A stretch of 64,000 bases of DNA from Eledone cirrhosa (taxonomy: Eukaryota). Both the position numbers and the translations under genes were made by a program. Below, piece after piece: positions 25,060 to 37,705 of the stretch. Positions within the stretch are counted from its first letter, which is position 1. Every line of letters starts with the position of its first letter. The stretch is taken from contig OZ024741.1 in assembly GCA_964016885.1 (NCBI GenBank), positions 340,380,001 to 340,444,000 of the forward strand, written 5' to 3'. The notes under the pieces are model-generated. The model saw only the letters and a list, made by a program, of their open reading frames with translations. It was not told the DNA's origin and made no database searches.

Positions 25060-26700
25060 GCGGAAGGAAAACCATGTAGAAAACCAGACCTCTTATGAGC
25101 AAAATGAATAATGATTCTTTATGAAATAATAGGCGAGGAACCTTAAGTGAAGCTAACTCAGCTGATAGATGCCCCACTGCAAAGCAAGGTGGGCCCAACT
25201 ATCATCAAATGATTGTCAGAATGAAATGAAATAAATAAATAAATGTGGTTGTAATGGAATGCAATGACTTGAGAAAACTGAATGACTTCAATGGAAGACC
25301 AGTAAGAGGAAATAAGCAAAGAATGCAGAATATATGGAAAGAAAGGGTACTACGAAATATTAGCAAACAGAGGCTCTGTGACCAAGCCAAAGCAATAAGA
25401 AAAAAAGAAAGTGGTTCACGAAGGTAGAGCTTGAAGAAATCAAAAGAAGAGCAAATGCTACTAATGAAGCAGAAGTTGAGGCTGTGGAAATATAAAATAC
25501 AACACAAGATCAGGGAATCAGAGCAGAATGATGTAGTGCTAATTTTGGAGGGTGACATCAGAAGTGAAGAGGACATGCAGATGGTATAAAAAATACTTGA
25601 ATTAAGGAGAAATGGATCAACCAATGAAATCAACAGGTGGAAGAAGAATCACTGGAATTTGTTGAAAGGATGTGTACGCAAAATGAACAAAACTGTGAAA
25701 AATATTACTGAAATATACATGACATAAAAAACTCATAAATGCATGGAAAGTGGGGTTGAAATTTGTAAATGACAATAAAATGACAAAAAGGGAACCATAG
25801 TAAAAAAGAAAGATTCAGAGTTCATTAAATGAATTGTGCAAATATATAACAATATTGGAAAGAAAGAGGTGAGGGAGCTTAGGTCGAAAACAGATTGAGA
25901 AGGACACAAAAGTGGTTAAAACAAGCAAATCATGGAATTGGCTAACTTGAGGAGATCTGAAGAAGGAAAAGGAAAGTTTGCTTATAGCTGACCAAGACCA
26001 GGCACTGACTACAAACTGAGCATGGCATAACATTTACAATCAGGTTAATTCAAAGAAGTGTAGGATGTGTGAGGAACGAGTCGAAATTGTCACACACATA
26101 GCGAGTGCCTGAACAATGTTTGCGCAAAAGGATTACAAAAGGTGTCATGATAAAGTGTGCAAACTCCTGCTTAAGTTGAAAGTACGGTTTTGTAATTGTT
26201 CAAAAATGGTACCACCATAAACCAGAAAAAGTGATTGAAAATGAAAATGCCAAAATCTTGTGGGACTTTATTGTTCAAACAGATAGAGTTATTCAAGGCA
26301 AAAAGCCTGACATCACTATAGTGTATAAGAATGAGAACAAGTGTTGGATAATTAATGTGGTAATACCAGGGATCATTTTATCAGAAGGAATGGAAACCAA
26401 AAAACTGACAGCCACTCAGAGTTCAGAGCCAAAATGTTTAAGATGTGGGACAAAGACACAAACACAATATCAACAGTGATAGGAGCACTGGGTTCAGTCA
26501 CCAAAAACTTAGGAGTGTTATTTGAAAGAAATTGGCATTTCACCAAATATAACAACCCTGCAAATAATCTGTTTTGTTTAGAACAACAAACATTCTACAC
26601 AAAGTACTATTAATTTGAGATCATTTGACTTGTTTGGAAAATTAAATATCATCACCAGTCTAAGAACTGAGCAAATTTGGATAATAATAATAATAATAAT
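25060..26700 (+). mobile_element. Decayed R4/Dong-like non-LTR element with restriction-like endonuclease; RT not recognisable
   Basis: Fragments RMKWNK.INVVVMEC, QRLCDQAKAIRKK, QDQALTTN, CRMC...VTHIAS, RCHDKVC, ILWDFIVQTDRVI..KKPDITIV; (TAA)n tail. Confidence 0.75.
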
Positions 26701-27590
26701 GGTTTCTTATATAGACACAAGGCCAGAAATATTTTGGGGAGGGGAAAGTCAATTAAATCAACCCAGGGCATGACTGGTACTTTATTTTATCAACCCCGTA
26801 AGGATAAAAGGTGATGATGATGGTGACAATGATGATGATATTGTAGTTATGCACAGGAATAGTCCATCCAAGAGACCACAACATAGCCTTGAAAGAAATT
26901 GGAAAAGTAATAAAATATACTGTTTTGAAGATCGAAATTGCATGAATGTGATCAATACCTGCTTACATCATAATAATTCCAATTTTCATAGGATCTTTGA
27001 GCTCAGTACTACTAAAAAATAGAACTTATGAAAAGTAGAACTCAAATCACAAATTGCTCTCCTGCAAAAGACTGCCCATATACTCAGGAAAGTAGTCTAA
27101 GGTATTTGTTGAGACCTGACAGGCAGTAGAAGATCCATTAATCATCACATTCACTTAGCAAACCATACATAATGATAATGGTTTCTGATTTAGGTACAAA
27201 GCCAACAATTTATTAAATCAACCCTAGTGAGTTACTGGTACTTTATTTTATTGATCCAGTTAGTATAAAAGGCAAAGCTAACCTCAGCAGGATTTGAACT
27301 AAGAACATAAAGGTACGTAACTATATGCCGCAAAGCATGTTGTCCGATGCCAATCCACTGCCCTAGATAATGATGATGATGATAATAATATGCATATTAC
27401 GAAAGGTACTATCAATACAATAGAAAGAACACCAACATAAACTACCCAAGGTGCACAAAGCTCTGCTCAGTAAAGCAATAATGATGCGCAATAATAATAA
27501 TAATAACAATAATAATAATAATTATAATAATAACGGTGATAATTACCTGATAAATGCATTACTGGCTGCATCTTAAGGTGATTTTTGAAT

Positions 27591-29222
27591 TTACAACCAT
27601 AAGTATTTATTCAGTGGCTGCACTTCTTCCACATTGTTATTTGTGATGCTAGATGTAGCCTTCTGCACTTCATCGACCTGTTTATAATGAGTTTTCTTGT
27701 GTCGCTGCAGAGAATCACGACGGGAGAACTTCTGTGTGCAGAGATCACATTGAAAAGGTTTCTGTCCAGAGTGCACAGTGTTCTTATGGATTTGAAGATA
27801 ATCCTTCTGTGCAAATTTCTTTAGACAAATGTCACAGTGAAATGGCTTTAGACCTGAGTGTCTCCGGCTATGAATTTCAAGTGTATCCCTTCGTGCAAAC
27901 TTTTTCAGACATATAGTGCATTGGTGCGGCTTCTTACGTACATGAGTTCTCTGGTGTATACGAAGCTTATCTCGATTGGCAAATTGTTTCCCACAGAACT
28001 CACAGTGGAATGGCTTCTCTCCTGTGTGTGTTCTTCTATGAATTTCCAAAGTAGTGCGACGGGCAAACTTCTGGATGCAGAGATCACACTGGAAGGGTTT
28101 CTCTCCTGTATGAGTTCGCCGGTGGATTTGTAGGTAATCACGGCGTGTGAAGAGTTCAGCGCAGATATCACATTGGAAAAGTTTCTCTCCAGTGTGTTTC
28201 CGTTTGTGTATCTGTAGGTTGTGTTTGTGTGCAAACTGCTGCATGCAGATTTCACAATGGAAAGGTTTCACACCAGTGTGTGTTCTCTGATGTATGATCA
28301 GTGTATCTCTACGAGTGAAACTTCGATCACAAACCTGACAGTTAAATGGCCGCTCACCAGTGTGTGCTCTTTTATGGATCTGTAAATAGTGGCGCTGAGC
28401 AAACGGTTTCAAGCAAATTTCACAGGTATATGATTTCTGGCTGTTTCTCTGAGGTGGCTGAGAGTTAGAAACAGAGGACATCATAGTTCCTGGCTGCCCA
28501 GTATTGGCTACACCATTCTCCTGGGCAACAACACCTTGCGCGATCATTAAACTCAAACTAGGAGAGATACCAACATTGGATACGTTGCCATTGGGCTGTC
28601 CAGTATGAATTCTCTTGTGTTTGCGTAGCGTGTCATTTCTGGCAAATTTCTTGGAGCAGATTTCACATTCATAGGGTTTTTCTCCAGTGTGTTTGCGCCT
28701 GTGAACTTTCAGCACATATTCTTGGACAAATTTTTTCCCGCAAAATTCACAAAACAATTGCTTCTTGTTATTTCCACTTATCTGGATTGGCAAGTTGGTG
28801 ACAGGTTGATCTCCAACATTGCAAATATTTGTAAGTTCCCCGATGTTACTGCTATTGTTAGTATCAACACTACCACCACCAACACCACCACTGGCAGTAC
28901 TGCCACCACCACCATCAGTGCAGCTAGGGCATTGACAAGTCTTTTGGCAGCAAGCACAACCTTCATGAGAAGAGGTGTCAAAATTAATGGCTGAGTTCTT
29001 GTCAGATGTGTGTGGTTCACTAATTGCAGCAGGCTGTACTATACTGGGCCTCAGTTCAGTTGGTTGATAACAAGGTTGAACAAATTGACTGGCAGGATAA
29101 CTACTGTCTTGGAAGATATATTCTCGAACTTCTGCCATATTTGACTGGGGCTGGAATTCTGACCCTTGGGGTACAAAAGGCTTTGATGACATATGCATGG
29201 TTTTCCCACCTAAGTGTGACAT
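27591..29222 (-). CDS. C2H2 zinc-finger protein, 543 aa, 11 fingers (2+9)
   Basis: Intact ATG-initiated ORF; CxxC-x12-Hxxx(x)H repeats with TGEKP-type linkers; single coding exon. Confidence 0.95.
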   Translation of the reverse strand: MSHLGGKTMHMSSKPFVPQGSEFQPQSNMAEVREYIFQDSSYPASQFVQPCYQPTELRPSIVQPAAISEPHTSDKNSAINFDTSSHEGCACCQKTCQCPSCTDGGGGSTASGGVGGGSVDTNNSSNIGELTNICNVGDQPVTNLPIQISGNNKKQLFCEFCGKKFVQEYVLKVHRRKHTGEKPYECEICSKKFARNDTLRKHKRIHTGQPNGNVSNVGISPSLSLMIAQGVVAQENGVANTGQPGTMMSSVSNSQPPQRNSQKSYTCEICLKPFAQRHYLQIHKRAHTGERPFNCQVCDRSFTRRDTLIIHQRTHTGVKPFHCEICMQQFAHKHNLQIHKRKHTGEKLFQCDICAELFTRRDYLQIHRRTHTGEKPFQCDLCIQKFARRTTLEIHRRTHTGEKPFHCEFCGKQFANRDKLRIHQRTHVRKKPHQCTICLKKFARRDTLEIHSRRHSGLKPFHCDICLKKFAQKDYLQIHKNTVHSGQKPFQCDLCTQKFSRRDSLQRHKKTHYKQVDEVQKATSSITNNNVEEVQPLNKYLWL

Positions 29223-29846
29223 TATTTATAATGGTAAATGAAAGTTTCAATTTCTCAGATCACTTAATTGTGTTTATCAAGTGTTGTAAACTGTTTCCCT
29301 CTATTCAAAGATATTAATACTAATATTCATTTTCTGTCATTCTGTTATTCTCTTAAATCCAGTGTTATTTCAATCTCATTCTTCCTTACTTTGATTATAA
29401 ACTTCTTCATATACTCAAATTGGAAGCAGTTTTGTTTGCTTTTAGAGAGAAAATACGTGTATGTTTGTGTAACTGTGAAAGCAGATGGAAAAAAGAAATA
29501 AAAAATCAATGATGATAATGATGATGGTGGTGGTGGTCGTGGTGATATAGAGAGGGAAGAAACAGGAAAAAAAGAGAGAAAGATAGATACACAAGTAGAT
29601 TATGTATTATTTAGACTATTTCAGGTGTATCACAATTAACTCATGAAAGCATGGAAAAATGGATATAAAAATGGTAATTCTTTTTTTCTTTTTCTTGTCT
29701 TTCCTTCTTGCTATGTTTTCACACTCTCTTTGCTGTTTTCAGGTGAGATAAGGGATTTCAACAGTTGTATATTATAAAAGTGTTGCCAGACATTGTCACC
29801 TCAGTCGGATTGTTGTTACTGCAATTAGACAAGACCAGCTATAAAT

Positions 29847-29880
29847 CTGAAAGTTATAAAAAATGAAGAGAAAAGATAAC
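29847..29880 (-). other. Probable 3' splice site in the 5' UTR of the zinc-finger gene (exon starting at 29846)
   Basis: Minus strand TTATCTTTTCTCTTCATTTTTTATAACTTTCAG. Confidence 0.5.
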
Positions 29881-30699
29881 AGCTATAATTATATTTAAAT
29901 CTCTTATTTTCAAAACAATATCATTATCAATAATTTTTGACATTGACACAATTATCATTATTTATTTATGTCAAATGTCATAAGGGTGGTTTTGTAGAAT
30001 TTGTTCTAGCCCATTGCATTATAATTTCAAGTCAGGCTGGGGTCAACTTTGCTTTCATCCCCATAAATTGCTGGCCTTGTGCTTAAATCAGAAACTACTA
30101 TCGATCTGTGACACTGACTCATGTGTAGTAGAAGAAGTAACTGCGTAACTGCTACTGATTTTATCGAAATTGGGAGGATGAAAAGAATTTATATCTGTAT
30201 ACATAGAAGGACCCATCAGTTGTGTCAAAGTCATGGCAACCTGTCTAGTGCTGGTGACACAATAAAAATGTAACTAGTATAGTCTGTAAAATGATAGAGA
30301 TAGGAAAGGCATACAGCCATAGAAAACTTGCTAAACAAAGGGTCAAAAGAACTCTTCAGTTGTGTCAAAAACACGGCAACTTTCCCAGTGCTGATGCCAT
30401 GATAAAATGCATCTGACACACCCTGTCAGAACATATGTGAGGTGTGGCACCCTGAAAAGTCTGTGGTTCCAATTAAAAACTGACTTAATCTGTGACAACC
30501 TATCTAACCCTTGCTAACGGAAAATAGATGTTAAATGATGATGATGACAATATATATATATATATCATTAGTACAGATTAAAGTTTAAGCAAAGAATCGC
30601 TGCTTTCACCCTTTTATATACATAATCCTTATCGAGCCCTCTTCGGATTTTGGTCTTCATAATTATTATTACTATATACATATATGTCTCTTAATCTTA

Positions 30700-31010
30700 G
30701 TCTTAGGTTCTTCCGCACCTTTCAGCACATAGAGCAGTAAGTGGTCATCAATGGTCATGATCAGCAGTGGCTTTTTCGTGTTCGTGTCAAGTGATGTTGG
30801 CTGCCATCAGGTCTTTTTGGAGCGTTCGTCCCCAGGTGATCCTAAGACAACCCTGCTTCCATTTGCTGCCAGGTGCAGTCCAGTTCATTGCTGTTTTTGA
30901 GTGTCGTTCGTTGGGCAGGTGCAGAATATGGCCAGCCAGTCGCCACCGGTGCTCTGTGACGGACAATACTCTGCAGCATCCATGACTCAATTCTCAACAG
31001 GATTTCCTCA
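30700..31010 (-). mobile_element. RTE-like LINE 3' fragment (third family)
   Basis: RWRLAGHILHLPNERHSKTAMNW...ITWGRTLQKDL. Confidence 0.7.
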
Positions 31011-31396
31011 TTTCGCACTTAGTTATGCCAGGACACACAAAGGATTCTTCACGGGCACCACTGGTGGAATGCGTTTAGCTGTTTCTCTATCTTTGCCGTG
31101 CATATATATATATGTTGTAGAGTGATAAAGCGTAGCTCAGCTACCTCGAGGGTCATCTTCTGTTGTTGATCTTGATCAAATGGGATATATCTATGAGTGT
31201 ACTACCCACCTAAACTCTGGCCAGAATCTACCAACATATATCCCGAGCTTTCATGACAAAACACATTCATTGAACACAACAGTCCTAAAGGTGAGGCAAA
31301 CCACGCTGGTCTTAATTCAGCCTACGTGACATCACTCGCCCTTATGTTTCTGGCAAGGCCCTCCATCCCCACAATATATATATTTATATATATATA

Positions 31397-31972
31397 TCAC
31401 CGTCATCATTTAACGTCTATTTTTCCATGCTAGCATGGGTTAGACAGGTTGTCCCATTTGAAGCAAGTATCTTGCTCACACAGAACTGTTTCTGGTTTGG
31501 TTTCTATGGCTGGATGCTCTTCCTAATGCCAACCACATTTACAGTGTTTGCTGGGTGGTTTTTGTTGACTCCTACATGACCACTTTACAGTGTGGCTGGG
31601 TGCTTTTTGTCGTGAGACCAACATGATCACTTAACAGTATGGGTTGGGCACTTCTTGTAATGTCGCCATCAAAATCACTATACAGTGCGGGCTGAAGGCT
31701 TCCCTGGGCATATGCTACAGCCTGTCCTCATGAGAGATGTATGATAGGGTGGTGTGGGGGCAGTGCATGCTATATATATGTATGCTTCAGCTTGTGCCCA
31801 TGGGAAGGTAGGTCGTCTGTATTACTGCATAATGCCAGAGATCACGGTCCTGTGTCATCTTCTTTGAAAGGTGCAATTGAGCGAAGTCAGCTTTTATCAC
31901 CTCATCCCAAGTCTTCCTGGGTTTCCCCAATCCATGGCTTCCATCGACTTTGAGTGCTCTGCACCTTTTTAT
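31397..31972 (-). mobile_element. Diverged RTE family A 3' fragment
   Basis: IKRCRALKVDG...GKPRKTWDEVIKADF plus 3' UTR; both ends in TA-rich repeats. Confidence 0.85.
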
Positions 31973-32811
31973 ACACACATATATATACATAAAGGGTCCT
32001 TAACTCTGGAGTCCTAGGCGCGTCATATTGACACACAGCATATCTTAGGCATTTTTAAACCTTGCAGAGTCTATCCTTTTCAAGGTTAGAACATAGCTAA
32101 TTTCTTCAGGGAAGAAGGGATGGATTGATCCCTGTACTGGACTGGTGCTTTATTTATCTTTCTCGGGGGGATGAAAGGCAAAGTTGACCCTGGCGTGATT
32201 TGAACTCAGAACGCAGTGAACCGGAACAAATATCGAGACATTTTAAATCTGACGACTTAACGATTCTACCAATTCGCCACCTGATACATGTATGAGTGTG
32301 TGCGCGCGTGTGTGTAAGTGTGATACTAGATTGTTCAAAATACTGCCACATATGTAAACAAATGCATTTCAAGGGGAAATAATGGCTGCATCTCAGTTTC
32401 TAGAATTGCCATCCCTTAACTTTTTTCTCATACACAGGTGGCACGAACATGACTTTTTAGCTCTCCGGAGACTTAGATTCCTTTCTGTATATGTTGCAGC
32501 GGGAAAAAAAGAAAAAAAAAGGCCATGCTCACACAACACACATAAAAGTCGTTCAGATCAAGTGATACCTGTGCTTAAAGCTTTTTTAAGTGAAGAAAGG
32601 CCTTGCTCTGAACAAATTCCACTCTCTGAACAACGGTGACAGTTAGTCACATCATTGGCTGCCATCGAGTCGAAGGTTTTACATCAGAGTTTTCCTTCTC
32701 CTAGAATGATATCCTAACAAGAATTAGGGGTCTCTCACTGCCGGTGGGCTAACCGAGTATTTCCATGTCCCCGTATTACATGCATGCATACATACATACA
32801 CACACACACAT

Positions 32812-32848
<37 letters not shown>

Positions 32849-34169
32849 AACATAAATATTCTTTATGTTGGAGTATCTGCTTTATAAGGTGTTATGAACA
32901 CGCCTACGTCTGGAGGAATAGTTTTATTATTCTTATTATTAGCAAAGATTAAGTAAGTGTTCATAGGTTTACATGGAAAACTATCATTTTTCCCTGTATA
33001 TGTTGCGCATATGTATTGCAGTGAATTGGGTTTGAAAATATTTCTGTGAATGTAAGCAATATACGCGGTATCAAAATTGTGCGTACATATTATATTATAT
33101 ATATATATATGGACACACACATACACAACAGTTTTTTTCCATAGTTTCAATGGAAATTGAAAAGAAAACAATTTTGCCTTAACATCGACAACAACAATCA
33201 CAGTAAAGAAAATATGGATAACTGTTACTTACATAAATAAGAAGTATCACATTTTTACGAGTGCGAAAATAAGATGCTAAGGACTTCATGCCTTGTCCAC
33301 GAGCAACATAACCACAGTTATGATGCTGACAATATTAATAACAATAATAATAAGAGTCAAGTACTCGCAAACATAGACAGTGGGGTGAAAACGGTGTAGA
33401 GTGGAACAATATGCCCTCTGTACAAAATGTTCACCGTCTGCACCACACAATCAAATAAGTGATACAATCAAAGTCTAAGTAAATTACGTTTATCAATCGG
33501 GTATAATTAAAGTCAGCCAGAATGTCACTCATTGAGGAGTAATTTCTGCCACTGTCCTGAAAAGTTACATAGCTAAGGTTGTTATATCGGACAGACATCT
33601 TACAAATCAATAACAAAGAATCAAAAAGAAGGAAAAGACATACGCACTTCTTCAATTACACACTGCAACACGCAAAGTTGGTGTTGCTCTAAAAAATATT
33701 GAGGCACGCCAAAACACTCATAACGTTGTCATCGGCCCAGCTATCCCGAAAGTCTCACATGCTACAAGCTTAAAAAAAAGTAGTTTACTGATAATTCATG
33801 GAATTTTAGTAATTGTATTCCGTTTGATTGTGATTGAATGGCCACTACTTTTGTCGCAACATCTAGGATGTGAGAGAGAAGGAGCGAAAGTGTCGCCGAC
33901 AGTGGTATTCCATACAAGACATGTACCTCTAAGTGAAGGGCGAAGGATATTTCCCATCGATCTTGGGTAATATCCGGGGAATATTGACTCTGCTTTATTA
34001 TCAGGTTCAACTCGGAGTGGTATTTTGTCGACATGACAATCCACAAAAGTCCCTGGAATCGATCCCCCGCCCCCACACACACAGATATCAAAGCCGATAC
34101 TGAGAGCAAGAGATGTGAAATTCAACTTAACAGAGACACAATGCTAGAAATGTAGAGTAAGGAGAAAAT

Positions 34170-34832
34170 CGATTATATTGACCCAGTATTAGACTGGTAT
34201 ATTATTTTATCGACATCGAAAGGATTAAAGGCAATGTTGACATCGACAGGATTTGAGAGAGAACAAATACCGTAATGGTATATTATCCGACGCTCTACTA
34301 ATTCTGCCAATCCACCACCCTTGATTATAATTGTTTCTACTTTTTGGCACAAGGCCAGCAATTATCCAGTGCATTACTGGTACTTTATTTTATCGACCCC
34401 GCAAGGATGAAAGGCAAAGTTAACCTCGGCGGGATTCGAACTCAGAATGGCAAGGGCCGTAACTCTATGCGTCAAAGCATAGCGTCCGACCCTCTACCGA
34501 TACTGCCAATTCACACCCTTGATTATAATTGTTTCTACTTTTGGCACAAGGCCAGCAAAAATCCAGTGTATTACTGGTACTTTATTTTATCGACCCCGTA
34601 ATTGATTATAATTGTTTCTACTTTAGGCACAAGGCCAGCAATTACTCAGTACATTACTGGTACTTTATTTTATCGACCCCGTAATTGATTATAATGATTT
34701 CTGATTTAGGCACAAAGCTAACCATTTTAGGGGAGGGGAAAAGTCGATTAAATCTAAGCCAGTGCATTACTGGTACTTTATTTTATTGACCCCGTAAGGA
34801 TGAAAGGCAAAGTTGACCGCGGCGGGATTTGG
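34170..34832 (-). mobile_element. Array of SINE A copies and 3' fragments
   Basis: ttgattataat..tttct..ttt.ggcacaa.gc.a...ttactggtactttattttat.gacccc repeated four times. Confidence 0.85.
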
Positions 34833-35178
34833 ACATGCCTGAATATCAAGCTGTGAAAAAAATAAGTGTAAAATATGTACACTGTACAACATGTATCGAG
34901 TTCCCTTTCCTCATTCGTTCATAGAAAATAACATTTGAATATATAACCATACATTGGTTGAAAATCCTTTCTAGGTAAAACGCGTGTTCTCAAGTATGGT
35001 TTGGTAATTGTTATAGAATTAACTATATATAGGTGTGAGTGTCTGTGCGTGCATGCGTTTCTATATGTATATGTGTCCGTATGAAATGTGTCTATGTTTG
35101 TGTAATGTTTGTTTGGGTATTTCAGTGGAAAAACATTTTTCTTTTTGTTTTTGTTTCTTTGTTTTTTGTGTGTGTGAG

Positions 35179-35721
35179 ATCAACTAATCTAACCTGCAAC
35201 ATTCTACTAATCAAGTTTTTTTCCCGGTGAACAGAGGGGGTGGGGTGCCACCCCCCTTCTCGGAGTTTCGCCTGCGGATGTTTTTTTTTTTTTGTTTGTT
35301 ATCAACGAATATGACATCCAAACCAGTCGGAAAAGTTTGGTGGGAAATAATTATCTTACCTTGTTTGTTTTGTTTGCTTTTTTGGACCACTTGCAACCGA
35401 TTTTTTTTTCTCTCCAGATTAAGGTTAGGTTTAGGTTTAGGGTTAGGGTTAGAGTTAGGTGTCCGCTTAGTTTTAGAGTTTCCGTTTTCTGGAACAAAAA
35501 GTCGATTGCAAGCATCGATGAGGTCCAGAACCCCACCTAATACCCACCCACCCACCACCAAAAAAAGACAAAGAAAGATGTTGTTTCCGACTGGTTTGGA
35601 AGTCCTACTGGTTGATAACACGCGAAAAAAAAAGTTGTTGGGAAACCTCCGAGGCTGCCCCCTCCCCCGTTCTCCGGAAAAAAAATCGATTGCCAGAATC
35701 TTGGAGGTTAGATTAGTTGAT
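35179..35721. mobile_element. TIR-bounded element with an internal degenerate TTAGGG tract
   Basis: 27-bp TIR atcaactaatctaacct(g/c)caa(c/g)attct; ttaggtttaggtttagggttagggttagagttagg at ~35425-35459. Confidence 0.65.
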
Positions 35722-36131
35722 AGCATACGAATAAAAAAAATAAAAAAAAAAACACGAGAAAAATCAAATTTTTCCCCCAGTGAGTTCGTCCATAAATTTA
35801 CCGAGACTGACTGTTGTATCCCGTAATTTAGCAGTGAAGGGTCGATAAAATATGTACAAAACTGAAAAATGTACTAACATCGCTGATAAAAAAAACGTAT
35901 GAGCATCGATGTTGTAATTTAACTATATAAAAAAAAATCGATATTCCTGAAAATCCAAATCACAGTTCCTATATATATATATATATATATATACGTGTAG
36001 CTATTGTTTACAAATGTAATTAGAAAAATATTACCGTTTGCTATGCAGTATAATATAACTAATATGCGTAGGAGAGACATAATAATAAATTTATTATTAA
36101 ATATTATTACATAAAAACAAATATATAGCTT

Positions 36132-36223
36132 CGCCCGCAGGGGGACTTGAACCCACGACCCTCAGATGACTTCTCAATGATGTCATTAAAAGTCTGATGC
36201 TCTTCCGACTGAGCTATGCGGGC
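36132..36223 (-). tRNA. tRNA-Lys-TTT: tRNA-Lys(UUU) with a 19-nt intron at position 37/38 (intron 36168-36186)
   Basis: GCCCGCATAGCTCAGTCGGAAGAGCATCAGACTTTTA[ATGACATCATTGAGAAGTC]ATCTGAGGGTCGTGGGTTCAAGTCCCCCTGCGGGCG; 73 nt after splicing; perfect acceptor, D and anticodon stems; one T-stem mismatch; T5 terminator ~14 nt downstream. Confidence 0.92.
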
Positions 36224-36671
36224 TAACATGCTTGGCGGGTCTCTATTACGCTATATATATACATTTGCTTGTTGTTTGTACACACAATTGTTTTTCTGAT
36301 TATTGATTTAATTTTTGTTTTAACGTAATATTTTCTTTAGATTTAATATGAAATATTAGTTATTGATGTTATTATATGTTTAGAAGAAGGATTTTATAAT
36401 TGTTTGTCTATGTATATCTCTGAATTATGTATTCATTCAGTGGGTGTATTGTGGATAATTGCGAAGTTACGACGTATGAGAGAGAAAGAGAGGATGGGGT
36501 TTCTTTCCACATTCATTTGTATTCTTATTAACAAGGCTATAATTAGTGTAGTGCCCCATTTTTGACTTTGTCACCCCAAAACATTCTTAATAATGTGTAT
36601 ATTTTAATGAAATTTTGCAGAAATACTTTTTCTAACGTGTAGATTACGGTTATATTGATGAAAATAATATC

Positions 36672-36735
<64 letters not shown>

Positions 36736-36992
36736 CAATTCATAATTGTAGAATTGACATTACGTTCATGTCGAAAATCTACGACATTATCCTTACGGGG
36801 TCGATAAAATAAATGCACTGGAATAATTGCTGGCCTGGTGCCAAAAGTAGAAACAATTATTCATTAAAATAAAACTATAAAATACCAGGAATTATCGGCA
36901 AACTTTCTTTTTCAGTCTACAACATTCTAGACATTTAGGAGAGCTAGACCGTTGATAACAAGGTTCTTGTCATTGTTAGCGACTCACGTTAC

Positions 36993-37191
36993 CAGATTTG
37001 CCAACACACCTCTAAAAACCCAATCAGGGAGTGCCATGGAAAAAAGTGCCATAATACGAGGAGAAATTAAGCAAAATAGGAAAATTTTACATAATGAAAG
37101 CTATACCCATTTTCACAAGAGAAGACATATTTCACCCACTCCAAAGTGAGTGGGAGATCTCCCCGTTTGACGGGGAGAGTTGACAGATCTG
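36993..37191. mobile_element. Possible hAT-like MITE
   Basis: CAGATTTGCCAAC ... GTTGACAGATCTG (13-bp TIR, 2 mismatches); subterminal ctccccgt/acggggag hairpin; no clean TSD. Confidence 0.5.
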
Positions 37192-37705
37192 CCTTACCGC
37201 GGTATCAAATGATGCTCCTAGTGAGGGTGCTTAGCTATTCCAGCGCGTTACTGTCGCTGTCACATGCGGTAATGTTGCGGGTGTGTTGGCATGTCTCAGA
37301 AATTGTTGTCGCATGAGAAATAAACTGATAGTAAATTTATTCACAGTTGTATAAAAAAAAAGAAATATAACAATATAATGTTTAGAGACGAAAAGCACAA
37401 ATAAATATAATATAAATGAAAAAGAAAAAAGAAAGAGGTAAATAAAGAGAAGAAAAAAAGCAGAAGCAGGTAACACACACATCTAGTACCACATTCAACA
37501 AAAGGAAGGCGAAAGGGGTGGACAATCGGAGCACTGGGAAACTTTTAATAATAATTGTTTCTACTTTTGGCACAAGGCCAGCAATTACCCAGTACATTAC
37601 TGGTACTTTATTTTATCGACCCCGTAAGGATGAAAGGCAAAGGCCATCAATTACCCAGTGCATTACTGGTACTTTATTTTATCGACCCCGTAAGGATGAA
37701 AGGCA

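Noticed and set aside
34320-34830. CRISPR-like array
   Set aside because: Eukaryotic SINE tail fragments with no unique spacers or cas genes
35419-35460. True telomere or chromosome fusion scar
   Set aside because: Only ~7 degenerate units in one orientation, inside a TIR element
35211-35826. 171-aa and 199-aa overlapping ORFs
   Set aside because: Low-complexity translations of homopolymer and TTAGGG-like tracts
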